Positions 38,660-49,675 of a stretch of DNA of 64,000 nt are shown piece by piece. Below the pieces are notes generated by a model, which did not search any database, had not been told where the DNA came from, and saw only the letters and a program-made list of their open reading frames with translations. Numbering within the stretch: the first letter of the stretch is position 1; each line of letters opens with the position of its first letter. The stretch spans positions 256,001-320,000 of the forward strand of contig CAXWPL010000002.1 of NCBI GenBank assembly GCA_963666215.2, in the 5' to 3' direction. The translations under genes and the position numbers were made by a program. This stretch comes from Acidobacteriota bacterium (GTDB taxonomy: Bacteria > Acidobacteriota > UBA890 > WLXD01).

Positions 38660-39916
38660 TTATTCGTAACGCAGCGCATCGACCGGGTCGAGTCGCGCGG
38701 CGCGATTGGCGGGGTAGATTCCGGAGACCACGCCGATCAGAGACGAAGTCCCGACCGCAATAGCGAACGACCACCAGGGCAGAGAGATCGGAAATCCGGT
38801 TGCCTTGTGGGCCGCATAGCCCACGCCAGCGCCGATCGCGGCACCCAGAGCGCCGCCCGCAGCGGCGAGCGCAATGGCCTCCGCGAGGAACTGTACGAGC
38901 ACGTCGCTGCGCCGAGCACCTAGTGCCTTGCGGATGCCGATCTCCCGCGTGCGCTCGGTGACCGACACCAACATGATCGCCATCACGCCAATGCCGCCGA
39001 CCATCAGCGCCACCGACGACAGCGCCACCAGTGCCAGGAAGAAGTAGGTCGTCAGGTCCTTCCAGAGCTGCAGGAGGTTCTCCTGGTTGATCAGGTCGAA
39101 GTCGGGCAGCTCGTCGGCGCGCAGCCCGTGGCGGGCGCGCATGATGCCTTCCACCTCGTTGCCCATCTCGTCCACCGTGTACCCCTCAGCGGCACGCATG
39201 ACGACCATTGTGCCCTGTGGCTCGGGACCGTAGAGCTTGCGGTAGTTGCTGGCCGGTACGATGACGAAGTTGTCGGCCTGGTCGCCGGCAATGCTGCTCG
39301 CTTGCCGAGCTTTGATCGTGCCGATCACGCGATACTCGCGTCCTTTCACTCGCACACGTCGATTGATCGGGTCGCCTGTCGGAAAGAGCGTGTCCACAGG
39401 GCCGTTGCCCAACAGGACGACGTCGCTACGCTGGCCGATGTCGATCGGGGTGAGGAACCTCCCGGCAGCGAGCTCCATGTCGCCGGCTTCGATGAAGCGT
39501 GGGCTCACCCCCATTACGATCGTCTGGCGCGTGCGGTTGCCCCGGTAGCTGACGTCGGCGACGCTCGGCGGGAAACCCTGGCCGTACATCACCGAGACGC
39601 GATGCACGCTGTCGGCAAGCTCCTCGATGGCCTCGGCGTCGCGATCGGTGACGTCGGGGCGACTCATCAGACGGCGGAATTTTTCGCCGGAGGTCACCAG
39701 GCGGCCACCCCACTTCACCAAGAAGAGGGTGTCGGAGCCGAGCGTTTGGATCTGCCCGGTCATCATCTTGTCGAAGCCGCGTATCAGCGCGGTCATGCCG
39801 ACGACCATGGTGATGCCAATGACGATTCCGAGGACGGTCAGCACAGAGCGCATCTTGTGCGCCCGGAGGCTGTCCCAGGCCATCTTCAAAATCTCGCCGA
39901 CGACGAAGCTACGCAT
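38660..39916 (-). CDS. MacB/FtsX-family ABC permease
   Basis: [53 protein letters not shown]. Confidence 0.92.
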   Translation of the reverse strand: MRSFVVGEILKMAWDSLRAHKMRSVLTVLGIVIGITMVVGMTALIRGFDKMMTGQIQTLGSDTLFLVKWGGRLVTSGEKFRRLMSRPDVTDRDAEAIEELADSVHRVSVMYGQGFPPSVADVSYRGNRTRQTIVMGVSPRFIEAGDMELAAGRFLTPIDIGQRSDVVLLGNGPVDTLFPTGDPINRRVRVKGREYRVIGTIKARQASSIAGDQADNFVIVPASNYRKLYGPEPQGTMVVMRAAEGYTVDEMGNEVEGIMRARHGLRADELPDFDLINQENLLQLWKDLTTYFFLALVALSSVALMVGGIGVMAIMLVSVTERTREIGIRKALGARRSDVLVQFLAEAIALAAAGGALGAAIGAGVGYAAHKATGFPISLPWWSFAIAVGTSSLIGVVSGIYPANRAARLDPVDALRYE

Positions 39917-40006
39917 GCCTACTTCTCTCCGCTCCGCAGCCCGCCTACCGGGCTCGTTCTGGTACCGGGCCCACTGTATTAGGAGGCGGGCTCTTTCTGG
40001 ATCGCG

Positions 40007-41275
40007 CTACTCGTAGCGCAGCGCCTCGATCGGGTCGAGCCTGGCCGCCTTGCTCGCTGGATAAATGCCGAATACCACGCCAACAATCATCACGGTGCCG
40101 AGTGCTGCGAGGATCGACCATGTGGCCAGAACGTAGGGCAGGGGAGTGAACGCGGCAATCAACGTAGCGGCGACGTAGCCCAACGTGATTCCAATGATGC
40201 CGCCGGTTAGCGACATCGTGACGGCCTCGACGAGGAACTGCCAAAGAATCTGCTGGTAGGTGGCGCCCACTGCCTTACGCACGCCCACCTCGCGCGTGCG
40301 TTCGGTGACGACCATCAACATGATGTTCATGATCACGATGCCGCCCACCACGAGCGACATCGCGACGATACCGACGAGCGCGCCGTAGATCCCCTGAGTG
40401 AACTGGTTGTAGAGGTCGACAAATGTATCGGAGCTCATGATGGCGAAGTCGTCATCGTCGCGTGGTCGCAGTTGATGCCGCACGCGCATCAGGAGGCGTG
40501 CCTCGTCCATCGCTTCTTGGAGCATCTCGGGACTGTCCGGCTTGACGGTGAACTCGAGTGACCGTCGCGAGCCGAAGAGGCGCAGAAAAGAGCCGATCGG
40601 AATGATCGCGACCTCGTCTTGTGAGAAGCCGAAGGCACTACCGCGGCTGTTCGAAACACCGATGACGGTGAAATGGATGTCGTCGATGCGAATCCGCTTG
40701 CCGAGGGCGCTGGCTGGGTCGAGCCCGGGAAAGAGCTCGTCGACCACGTCGGGTGCGAGGATGGCGACCGAACGATTGCGCTGCACCTCGAGTAGTGAAA
40801 AGTAGCGACCGTGCGCCAGTCCCGTGCCGTCGATCAGGCCCCATTCGAACGAGCGTCCCTCGATGTCGATGCGATCGAGCGAAACGTTGCCGTACTCCAC
40901 GCGGGCGTTGCCGTCGGATTGCTCGACCACAGCGGCGAATGTTTGAGCCGATTCGCGCAGTACGCGCGCGTCGTCGCGCGTCAGGCGCGGCCGGTTCCGC
41001 ATGGCCATGAAATCGTCGTGCGAGAAGGACAGCCCCATTCGCCGGACGTTGAAAACGTCGGCGCCCTCCGCGGTGAATAGCCCGGTGACCTCGGCGTTGA
41101 CGCCCTGGATGATCGTGACCACCAAGACGATCGAGCTGACGGCGACGATGTTTCCGAGGACGGTGAGGAAGGAGCGCAACTTGTTGGCCCAAATCGAGTC
41201 GAGCGCGATCGCCACCCCCTCGCCCAGTCCGACAGCGGTGTTCGAACGCTGGCGCCCGGAGGTGGCTCGACTCAT
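40007..41275 (-). CDS. MacB/FtsX-family ABC permease
   Basis: [50 protein letters not shown]. Confidence 0.92.
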   Translation of the reverse strand: MSRATSGRQRSNTAVGLGEGVAIALDSIWANKLRSFLTVLGNIVAVSSIVLVVTIIQGVNAEVTGLFTAEGADVFNVRRMGLSFSHDDFMAMRNRPRLTRDDARVLRESAQTFAAVVEQSDGNARVEYGNVSLDRIDIEGRSFEWGLIDGTGLAHGRYFSLLEVQRNRSVAILAPDVVDELFPGLDPASALGKRIRIDDIHFTVIGVSNSRGSAFGFSQDEVAIIPIGSFLRLFGSRRSLEFTVKPDSPEMLQEAMDEARLLMRVRHQLRPRDDDDFAIMSSDTFVDLYNQFTQGIYGALVGIVAMSLVVGGIVIMNIMLMVVTERTREVGVRKAVGATYQQILWQFLVEAVTMSLTGGIIGITLGYVAATLIAAFTPLPYVLATWSILAALGTVMIVGVVFGIYPASKAARLDPIEALRYE

Positions 41276-42069
41276 TCGTTGTCGTCCACCACTGGCGGGG
41301 TGGGGATACGTGGTGTCTGGAGCTCGTCGCTCACCAATCGGCCGTCCAGAAAGTGGGTCACTCGGTGGGCGTAGTGGGCGATGTCGGACTCGTGGGTCAC
41401 GAGCACGATGGTCTGCCCGCTACTGTGCAGGTTCACCACCAGTTCCATGATCTCGTACGAGGTCTTGCTGTCGAGGTTCCCGGTGGGCTCGTCGGCGAGC
41501 AGAATCGCTGGCTCGTTGACCAGCGCGCGCGCCATCGCGACGCGTTGCCGCTGGCCACCCGAGAGCTCGTTGGGGCGATGGTCGGCACGGTCGGACAGAC
41601 CGGTCCGATCGAGCGCCCCCATGGCACGCTCGCGGCGCTCGCGTCGGCCCACACCAGCGTAGATCAGCGGCAGCTCCACGTTGTGAAGAGCGGTGGCGCG
41701 GGGCAGGAGATTGAACGTCTGGAAGACGAAGCCGATCTCGCGGTTGCGCACAGCGGCCAGCTCGTTGTCGTCGAGGTTGCTGACGCCCTGGCCGTTGAGC
41801 GTGTAGTCGCCCGCGGTGGGTGAGTCGAGACAGCCGAGCAGGTTCATCAGCGTCGACTTGCCCGAGCCCGAGGGCCCCATGATGGCGATGAACTCGTTCC
41901 TCTCGATGTCGAGGTCGACGTCCCTCAGCGCGTGAACCTTCATGCGGCCCATCGTGTAGGTCTTCGAGAGGCCACGGGTCCTGATCATCGGCTCGCCCGC
42001 CGTCTGCCCGGGCGGAGCGCGGAATGGATCTTCTGGAGCTTCACTCGCCCGGGGCGCGTTGGCGCTCAT
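41272..42069 (-). CDS. ABC transporter ATP-binding protein (LolD/MacB-like)
   Basis: [30 protein letters not shown]. Confidence 0.95.
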   Translation of the reverse strand: MSANAPRASEAPEDPFRAPPGQTAGEPMIRTRGLSKTYTMGRMKVHALRDVDLDIERNEFIAIMGPSGSGKSTLMNLLGCLDSPTAGDYTLNGQGVSNLDDNELAAVRNREIGFVFQTFNLLPRATALHNVELPLIYAGVGRRERRERAMGALDRTGLSDRADHRPNELSGGQRQRVAMARALVNEPAILLADEPTGNLDSKTSYEIMELVVNLHSSGQTIVLVTHESDIAHYAHRVTHFLDGRLVSDELQTPRIPTPPVVDDNE

Positions 42070-43367
42070 TCTTCGTCCTCGTCGCGATTCGAACCACGCC
42101 GTGAAGGGCGCTCGCGAATCTTGACCTGTTCGCCGTCCTGCAGTGTGCGCAGCACGTCGAAGGGGCCGGTAATCAGGTCGTCTCCCTCGGCGAATCCCTC
42201 GAGCGCTTCGAAATGACGTTCGCCGGCAATGCCGATCTCAACGGGTACGAAGACGGCCTCGCCGTCGCGTAGGACGAAGGCTCCTTCCACCTCACGAGTC
42301 GAGTTGTCGTCCTCATCCGTCTCCCGCGCGGCTGCCAGAAGCTCCTCGATCGGGTCGCGCTTGATGATGTTCCCGTCCTCGTCGAACTCGAGCTCGCGCA
42401 GCATCAGCGCTTGAATCGGGACGGCGATCGCCTGCGCGCGCTCCTTGGTGGTGATGTCGGCTGTGCAGGAAAGCCCAGGCCGCGCTCCGGGGACGTTCTC
42501 GACGACTCGCACGACGACCTTGAAGTTGATTGCCTGTCCGCTGGCAGCCTGCGCGCTGACACCACCGATCGGGCTCTTGCCCACCTCAACGACCTGCGCG
42601 TCGAAGGTCACGTCGGGGAAAGCGTCAATACGAACTTCGGCCGCCTGGCCGAGCTCCACCGAGACGATGTCGGTCTCATCGATCTCGATCTCCGCTTCGA
42701 CCACCGAGAGATCGGCGATGCGCAGCAGCACGGTGCCGGCGTTGTTCATCGTGCCGGTCACCACGTTCTCGCCCTGCTCGACGTTGAGCTGGGTAATGAT
42801 GCCGGCGATCGGCGAGCGGATGGTGACGTTCGACAGGCTGTGGCGCGACTGCACGATTTGCGCTTCGAGCCGCGCGATGTCCTGGGCTCGCATCTCGACG
42901 TTGCGCTCTTCGCGCCGCGCCGCCTGCCTGGCCTGGTCGAGTGCCGCTTTCGAGGTCAGATCCTGCTGGAACAGACCCTCCTGACGGTCGAGCTCGCGGC
43001 TGGCGAACTCGTGGTTCTCTTCGGCCGCTCGCAGCTGGATCTTTGCCGACTCGATGCTCGCTTCCACTTGGTTGACGGCGCTTTGTAGCGCCACCGGATC
43101 GATTTGCAGCAGCATGTCGTCGACGTCGACTTCTTGGCCTTCCACCACCCTAAGGTCGGTGATGCGGCCCATGACGTTGGCGGAGATGTCGACGTCTTTG
43201 GCGGCGCGAATGCGGCCGGAGCCGGAGACGATCGCAGTCAGGTCGCGACGCTTGACCTTCTCGACGTCGATCTCGATGGCTGCGGGCTTGCGGTTGATGT
43301 TGGCGAAAACGCCCAGCGCCACGACCGCGACGATGGCGAGCGCAACGACTATTTTTTTCATCGACAT
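42066..43367 (-). CDS. Efflux periplasmic adaptor (MacA/HlyD-family MFP)
   Basis: N-terminal TM; G.I..L.V.EG..V lipoyl-like halves, coiled hairpin, I.SPI.G, IDETDI..V..GQ. Confidence 0.92.
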   Translation of the reverse strand: MSMKKIVVALAIVAVVALGVFANINRKPAAIEIDVEKVKRRDLTAIVSGSGRIRAAKDVDISANVMGRITDLRVVEGQEVDVDDMLLQIDPVALQSAVNQVEASIESAKIQLRAAEENHEFASRELDRQEGLFQQDLTSKAALDQARQAARREERNVEMRAQDIARLEAQIVQSRHSLSNVTIRSPIAGIITQLNVEQGENVVTGTMNNAGTVLLRIADLSVVEAEIEIDETDIVSVELGQAAEVRIDAFPDVTFDAQVVEVGKSPIGGVSAQAASGQAINFKVVVRVVENVPGARPGLSCTADITTKERAQAIAVPIQALMLRELEFDEDGNIIKRDPIEELLAAARETDEDDNSTREVEGAFVLRDGEAVFVPVEIGIAGERHFEALEGFAEGDDLITGPFDVLRTLQDGEQVKIRERPSRRGSNRDEDEE

Positions 43368-43631
43368 GACGACTCGAGGGCCAGCGCTGGCGCTTCGGAA
43401 GAGCTCAGCCTAAAGGGTAGAGACACCCCCTGGTGGCGGGCAAGCAGCTGCAGCACGGTCGGTTGAGTGGGGGCTTGGACGGGAGGTCCTCCGCCATGAA
43501 TGGAGCGAACCAACAGTTTGAGTACGGCTTGCCGCCGCAGTTGGTTTCCGCAGGCCGTGCCAGGCTCGAATTGGACAGTCTCCCACGCTGGGGGCAGACG
43601 ATGCTTGCGTCCTCCCTGCTACCATGTGTCG

Positions 43632-44510
43632 GTGAGCGATCAACTGCCCTTTTCTGACCTCTTGCGCCGTGTTGTCTTTGCGGTGTGCGGCCTTCTGGTG
43701 GTGTCGCTGGGAGGCTCGTACTGGGCCGCTGGCGGCGAAATTTCGGACCGTCTCGCCGATTTGGCCGACTTTATCGACCCCATGGAATTGGGCGGACCGC
43801 GGCCGGAGCTTGCGAGCGACAGCGCCGGGTCGCCCGGTAGTCGCTGGGCCGATGTCGCTGCCGCGCTCCGCGGCGCGGTGGCGTTTGTCGAGGTCGCCGA
43901 CGGCACGGGCCCGGTAGGGCGCGGGTCGGCCGTCGTGATTCACAGCGATGGGCTGCTGATCACGAACTGGCACGTCGTCGAGGATGCGTTCCGCGTGCGT
44001 GTTGGATTTGGCCCTGAAACCAGTCTCGACGCCACAGTTATTGGCCACGACGCTGGCGTCGATTTGGCGGTGTTGCGCGTCGAGGAGCCGTTCCCCTGGG
44101 CCGTCGCCGCCCTCGGCGACTCCGATGGGCTACGCGTTGGCGAATGGGTGCTCGCGATGGGCGCCCCGTTCGGGCTCACCGAAACGGTATCGGCGGGCAT
44201 CATCAGCGCTCGTAATCGACGCGTATCGCAGCTCTCGCGACGCAGCTCTTTCATCCAGACCGACGCCGCCATCAATCCCGGAAACTCTGGTGGCGCGCTG
44301 GTGAATCTGCGCGGCGAGGTGGTGGGGATCAACACGGCGATCGCCGTGAGTGAGGAAGCAGCGGCGGCCGGCACAGGTACCTACGCCGGTGTGGGGTTCG
44401 CCCTGCCGATGAACACGGTTGTCCGAGTTGCCGCACGCATCATTCGTAGCGCCGGACTCGAGCTCACACCCTCCGACGGCGCGACGATCGCAGCGACCAG
44501 CCGGAGCTGA
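43632..44510 (+). CDS. Trypsin-like serine protease (HtrA family) without PDZ domain
   Basis: TM anchor; triad motifs TNWHVV, DLAVL, QTDAAINPGNSGG; ends shortly after GVGFALP. Start inferred (GTG). Confidence 0.85.
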   Translation: MSDQLPFSDLLRRVVFAVCGLLVVSLGGSYWAAGGEISDRLADLADFIDPMELGGPRPELASDSAGSPGSRWADVAAALRGAVAFVEVADGTGPVGRGSAVVIHSDGLLITNWHVVEDAFRVRVGFGPETSLDATVIGHDAGVDLAVLRVEEPFPWAVAALGDSDGLRVGEWVLAMGAPFGLTETVSAGIISARNRRVSQLSRRSSFIQTDAAINPGNSGGALVNLRGEVVGINTAIAVSEEAAAAGTGTYAGVGFALPMNTVVRVAARIIRSAGLELTPSDGATIAATSRS

Positions 44511-44528
44511 GCTGAAGAGGTGCTAGCG

Positions 44529-45671
44529 ATGACCGGAGCGCGCGCCCGCCTGTTGAGGTTGTTGCTGATCGCTTCGACCTGCGTTTCGGCGCTGCTCATT
44601 GTGGTATTCGGAGTGCCGCAATTACGCGCCTACTTCACGCCTCGACTGCAGCGCGCCTGGGTAGTATCGGCCGAGCTCGGGGACGCGGTGGCCAGCTCGA
44701 TGCCGCGCGAAACGCTGGCCGGTACGCCGGTGACGCTCTACGCGGTGGTCCAGGCGAAGCCTTGGGCTGGCGAGCCGCGATTCTATGGAACCGTGTCTAG
44801 CGTGCAGATTGAGCCGCCGGGGCTGTCGGCGCCATCCGCTCAGCCGGTGTTGCCGTGGCCGAGCTGGGCGTACCAGCCGGAGTATCTGTGGTTCAAAGTC
44901 GAGCCGGAAGTGCCGTTCGACAATCCCGACTTCGACATCGATTTCAGCGTCGCTGATATTCGCTACCGCGACACCTACACCGTGAGCTGGGGATTCGACG
45001 CTGGCCACGCCGCCGATGTTTCTCCCACCGGCGACGCCTACCCCGATTGGGATGTCGGCACGATGCGCTTCATGACGCGTGCCGTAATCCGCAACCGCAG
45101 CGGCGCGATTCTCGACCGTGTTACGTCTCCTGGCGCCGACGCGGTGCACGCCGCGGCGCTCGGCGACCGGCCGCACCTTGTCAGCGTGCGCGGCGGCGAC
45201 GATGTGTTCGGTCGTATGCAGGCATTCGCGGGATTGCCGTACGTCCCCATCCTGCAGAAACTGCCGGCAGCGCAGCACCCAGCGAGCTTGTTCCGTGGCG
45301 GCACGGTGCTCGATTTCTGGATCGCCGCGCTGCGGGCCGGTGGGCAGGACGTCGACTTCACGAGCTGGGAGGAACTGCCTACGGTCGCCGAGACTGTCGT
45401 TGCCGACATGTTCCTGGCGCGCGACGGGAACTACTACTTCGCCAACGATCCTCTGCGCGCCGTGACCTTCGACGTTGTGCGCCCTGGCGACCTCTTGGCA
45501 ATCGAGGACCACGTCGGCGTGCTCTACGAGGACCGTGGGCCGGGAGGCGCGGGGGATGGCATCCTCAACCGTTGGGATCGACTGCTAGGGGCGTACTTCG
45601 AGCCGCTTCGTGACATCGCCCTGGGCGATGCCTTCGAGGCGGACGTCACCGTCTACCGTTTGGGCGATTGA
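44529..45671 (+). CDS. Membrane-anchored hypothetical protein, NlpC/P60-like C-terminal region
   Basis: N-terminal TM; GLPY, PGDLL, HVGVL motifs resemble NlpC/P60 but no Cys at the expected catalytic position. Confidence 0.6.
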   Translation: MTGARARLLRLLLIASTCVSALLIVVFGVPQLRAYFTPRLQRAWVVSAELGDAVASSMPRETLAGTPVTLYAVVQAKPWAGEPRFYGTVSSVQIEPPGLSAPSAQPVLPWPSWAYQPEYLWFKVEPEVPFDNPDFDIDFSVADIRYRDTYTVSWGFDAGHAADVSPTGDAYPDWDVGTMRFMTRAVIRNRSGAILDRVTSPGADAVHAAALGDRPHLVSVRGGDDVFGRMQAFAGLPYVPILQKLPAAQHPASLFRGGTVLDFWIAALRAGGQDVDFTSWEELPTVAETVVADMFLARDGNYYFANDPLRAVTFDVVRPGDLLAIEDHVGVLYEDRGPGGAGDGILNRWDRLLGAYFEPLRDIALGDAFEADVTVYRLGD

Positions 45672-45747
45672 ATGAGCAGGGGCTTGTCGAAGCCAACAGG
45701 TGCTTCGAAAGAGCGCTTTGCACAAGCTGAGAGCGGGAGAGGTTCCG

Positions 45748-47494
45748 ATGTCGGAAATTGAGTCGACTGCGGCTGCAGTAGACGTGGCAGATGGACATGC
45801 GCGCCCGATGTTCGACGAGCATCGACCGGCTTCGCCGATTCGCGCGGCGCGTGGCACCGCGCGCAGCTGCAGCACGTGGGACGCCGCGGCCGCGTTGCGC
45901 ATGCTCAGCAACAATCTCGATCCTGAGGTTGCCGTCGACTGGGAGAACCTTGTCGTCTATGGCGGCAGTGGCCGCGCGGCGCGTAACTGGAAGGCGTATC
46001 GCCAGATCGTTGCTGCTCTGCAAGGCCTGCGCGAGGACGAGACGCTCTGCGTGCAGTCCGGCAAGCCGGTCTACGTCGCGCGCACCTGGCCCGAGGCACC
46101 CCGCCGTGCTCATCGCCAACTCCAACTTGGTTCCGCGCTGGGCAACCGAACAGCATTTCGAGGATCTCGATCGACGCGGCCTGATGATGTACGGGCAGAT
46201 GACGGCCGGATCGTGGATCTACATCGGCACGCAGGGAATCTTGCAAGGCACCTACGAGACGTTCGCCGCGCTGGCGAAACAAGAGTTCGGTGCCGACAGC
46301 CTCGCCGGCAGGTTTGTTCTCACAGCCGGTCTCGGGGGCATGAGCGGAGCCCAACCCCTTGCTGCGGCAACGATGAACGAGGCCGCCGCGCTCATCGTCG
46401 AGGTGCGGGCCGAGCGCATCGACCGGAAGGTTCAAGAGGGATACTGCGACCGACGCGCGCGCGACCTGGACGAGGCGCTCGGCTGGATCGAAGAGGCGCA
46501 GCGCGCCGGCACAGGCCTCTCGGTCGGCCTCGCCGGTAACGCCGCCGACGTGTACTCGGAGCTCGCGGACCGCGGTGTCGTTCCCGACGTGGTCACCGAC
46601 CAGACACCGGCTCACAATCAGCTCGACTACGTGCCTCAGGGCAATCTCGACGAGGTCGAGGAGCTGCGCTCGGCCGATCCGCAGGAGTATCGGCGCCGCT
46701 CGGTGGCATCGATGGTGGCTCACTGCGACGCCATTCAGCGACTGCAGACGGCCGGAGCGATCTGTTTCGACTACGGCAACAACCTGCGAGGCCAGGCGGA
46801 GCTGGGCGGACTCGAAGTCCGCGATGACGAGGGCAACTTCAAGTACCCGGGCTTCGTGCCGGCGTATGTGCGGCCGCTCTTCTGCGAGGGCAAGGGGCCG
46901 TTCCGCTGGGCCTGTTTGTCGGGCGACGAGTCCGACCTGGCGGTCCTCGACGACGCGCTGCTCCGCGTGTTTCCCGACGACGTGGTGCTGCACCGCTGGG
47001 TGAACATGGCGCGCGAGCGTGTGCCGCAACTCGGGCTGCCCTCGCGGATCTGCTGGCTCGGCTACGGCGATCGCGCCAAGTTCGGCCTCGAGATCAATCG
47101 ACTGATCGCCGACGGCAAGGTGTCGGCGCCCGTAGTCATTGGGCGCGACCATCTCGACTGCGGCTCGGTGGCGTCGCCGAATCGCGAAACCGAGGCGATG
47201 CTCGATGGCTCCGACGCGGTCGCCGACTGGCCGCTGCTCAACTTCGCGCTCAACGCGGTCTCCGGTGCCTCGTGGGTGTCGTTCCACCATGGAGGCGGCG
47301 TTGGAATCGGCAACGCCTTGCACGCGGGCATGGTGATTGTGGCCGACGGCACCGAGGCGCGCGCGGCACGCCTCGAACGCGTTCTCACTGTTGATCCCGG
47401 CATCGGCGTTGTGCGCCACGCCGATGCCGGCTATCCGATCGCCATCGACCAGGCGCGCGCTGGCGGCGTCCCCATGCCTTCGCTCGAGGACTGA
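45748..47494 (+). CDS. hutU: Urocanate hydratase, +1 frameshift near 46105
   Basis: [20 protein letters not shown] in one frame; [50 protein letters not shown] in the next; one extra C in ccc cgc c gtg. Confidence 0.93.
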
Positions 47495-47508
47495 TCAAGG
47501 TCGCGCTG

Positions 47509-48837
47509 ATGGCGGAGCGCGTGCAAGGGAAGGGCGTCAAGCCCGCGGCGGAGATCGTCATCACGGGCATCCGGCAGTGCCTCACGATGCGTGTGCCCGG
47601 CGGCGGGCCCGGCGCGGGTGGTCCCCTGGCTCGCGACAACCAGGAGAACCCCGAGATCATTCGCGACGCCGCCGTTGCGGTAGTGGGGGAGCGCCTCGCC
47701 TACGTTGGCCCGGCGAGCGGACTGCCCTCCGCTGTGCGCACCGGGCCGGAGGCGCTCCACATCGACGCTGCTGGCGGCGTTGTGTTGCCCGGGTTTGTCG
47801 ACCCTCACACCCATCTGCTGTTCGGCGGCTGGCGGCCGGCCGAGTTCGAACAGCGTCTCGCGGGAGACAGCTACCAGGACATCCTCGCCGCCGGCGGCGG
47901 CATACTGAGTACCGTGGCCGCGACCCGTGAGACGTCCGAAGAGGAGCTCGTCGAGATCGGTCGCCGTCGTCTGCAACGCATGCTTGTCGGCGGCACGACC
48001 ACCGTCGAAGCCAAGAGCGGCTACGGGCTCAGCCTGGTCGACGAGGCCAAGCTGCTGCGCACCGTGCGGCGCCTTGCCGCCACGGAGGCGGTTGACATCG
48101 TCGCCACTCTGTTGCCGGCTCACGCGGTGCCCGCCGAGCATCGTGGAGATCGCAGGGCGTATTTGAGGGTCGTCGAAGAGATGATCGCCACGTTGGCCGA
48201 CCGCGCGGAGTTCGTCGACGCCTTCTGCGAGGAGGGCGCCTTCTCTGTGGACGAGTGCCGTCGCATCCTCGAGCTCGGAGCTCAGTACGGCCTGCGAGGC
48301 AAGCTCCATGCCGACCAGCTCGGCAATTCCGAGGGCGCCGAGCTTGCCGCAGCGATGGGCGCGATCTCGGCCGACCACCTCGACTACGTCTCCACCGGAG
48401 GAATTGCCGCGCTGGCGAGAGCCGGCGTTGTTGCGGTGCTGCTGCCCTCGGTGCCGTTGTACGTGGGCTCGCGGCGTCAGGCGCCTGCCAACAAGCTGAT
48501 CGCCACGGGCGTTCCCGTTGCCCTGGCTACCGACTTCAACCCCGGCACGAGCCCGGTGGAGTCGATGGGGCGGATCGTCGCGTTGGGATGCATGTTGATG
48601 CGCATGACGCCTGCGGCGGCGCTTGTAGCGGCCACGCGCAACGCGGCGTATGCGATCGGTCGCGGCGATCTGGTTGGAACGCTCGAGGAGGGCAAGCTCG
48701 CCGACTTGCAGCTCTACGACGTTGACGACTATCGGATGCTACCGTATCGCTTTGGAGAGATCGCCCCGTCGCTCGTCATCAAGCGCGGGCGGGCGGTTGC
48801 CGGTACGCGAGAACCTTTGGCCACCGACCCGGACTGA
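47509..48837 (+). CDS. hutI: Imidazolonepropionase
   Basis: PGFVDPHTH, GGGILSTV, EAKSGYG, DAFCE, HADQ, SADHL, ATDFNPG. Confidence 0.93.
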   Translation: MAERVQGKGVKPAAEIVITGIRQCLTMRVPGGGPGAGGPLARDNQENPEIIRDAAVAVVGERLAYVGPASGLPSAVRTGPEALHIDAAGGVVLPGFVDPHTHLLFGGWRPAEFEQRLAGDSYQDILAAGGGILSTVAATRETSEEELVEIGRRRLQRMLVGGTTTVEAKSGYGLSLVDEAKLLRTVRRLAATEAVDIVATLLPAHAVPAEHRGDRRAYLRVVEEMIATLADRAEFVDAFCEEGAFSVDECRRILELGAQYGLRGKLHADQLGNSEGAELAAAMGAISADHLDYVSTGGIAALARAGVVAVLLPSVPLYVGSRRQAPANKLIATGVPVALATDFNPGTSPVESMGRIVALGCMLMRMTPAAALVAATRNAAYAIGRGDLVGTLEEGKLADLQLYDVDDYRMLPYRFGEIAPSLVIKRGRAVAGTREPLATDPD

Positions 48838-49095
48838 CGAGGGGGAGGACGGCGAGCGGGCGAGCTGGGATGCGTCTAGGGCGGCCCAACCAGCACTGAA
48901 GGGCGACTCGGCGTCGTCGAGCGCCTGTACCCCAGGCTTTGGTCGCAGTGCGCCGCTGTCGGGGTCTCGCCGGTCGCGCGGCCGCGGAGGGAAGCGCGCC
49001 TACGACGCATCCCAGCCCGTCCGCTCGCCGCCCTCCCAAGCTGCTCAACACGCCGACCCAATACAGCTCCGCAACACGCGATTCCCGTCCCCGAC

Positions 49096-49618
49096 CTAGC
49101 GGTCGGCGAGGCCCTCTGCTCCTGGGATCTGGTAGAGCATCAGGTAGACGAGGACGCCGGTGACCGAGACGTAGAGCCAGATGGGTAGGGTCCAGCGGGC
49201 GATGGCACGGTGTGACCGAGACGTAGAGCCAGATGGGTAGGGTCCAGCGGGCGATGGCACGGTGGCGGTCGAAGCGCTCGCGCAGGGCGCGCCAAAGAGT
49301 AATGGGGACGAGCACCGGAAGGGTCATGGCCAGAGCGGTGTGTGTGAGCAAGATGGCGAAGTAGACCATTCGCACGAGCGTGCCTTCGTGGCCGAAGCGT
49401 GTCGCGCCCACGTAGAAGTGCAGCGTCAAGTAGCTGACGAGAAAGATCGCCGCGCAGGTCAGGGCGCCGAGCATGCAGCGGCGATGGGGATCGCGTTGAC
49501 CGGCGCGGATGAAGCGGTAGCCGAAGAGCAGAAAGGCGAACTGCGTGGCGTTGAGGGTGGCGTTCAGCGCCGGCAGCAGGGCAATCCAGCTCGGAATCGA
49601 GGCGGAGGCTTCGGGCAT
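49096..49618 (-). CDS. DUF420 membrane protein, frameshifted by a 52-bp duplication
   Basis: LP.LNA.LN, H...[28 protein letters not shown]; removing one repeat copy restores a 156-aa frame ending at TAG 49096-49098. Confidence 0.85.
49160..49263. repeat. Exact 52-bp tandem duplication
   Basis: 49160-49211 is repeated at 49212-49263. Confidence 0.95.
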
Positions 49619-49675
49619 GGGGTTCCTCGGCTGGCGGAAGACCAGGCTATGTCTGGGAAACGGGGCTCTTTCTAG

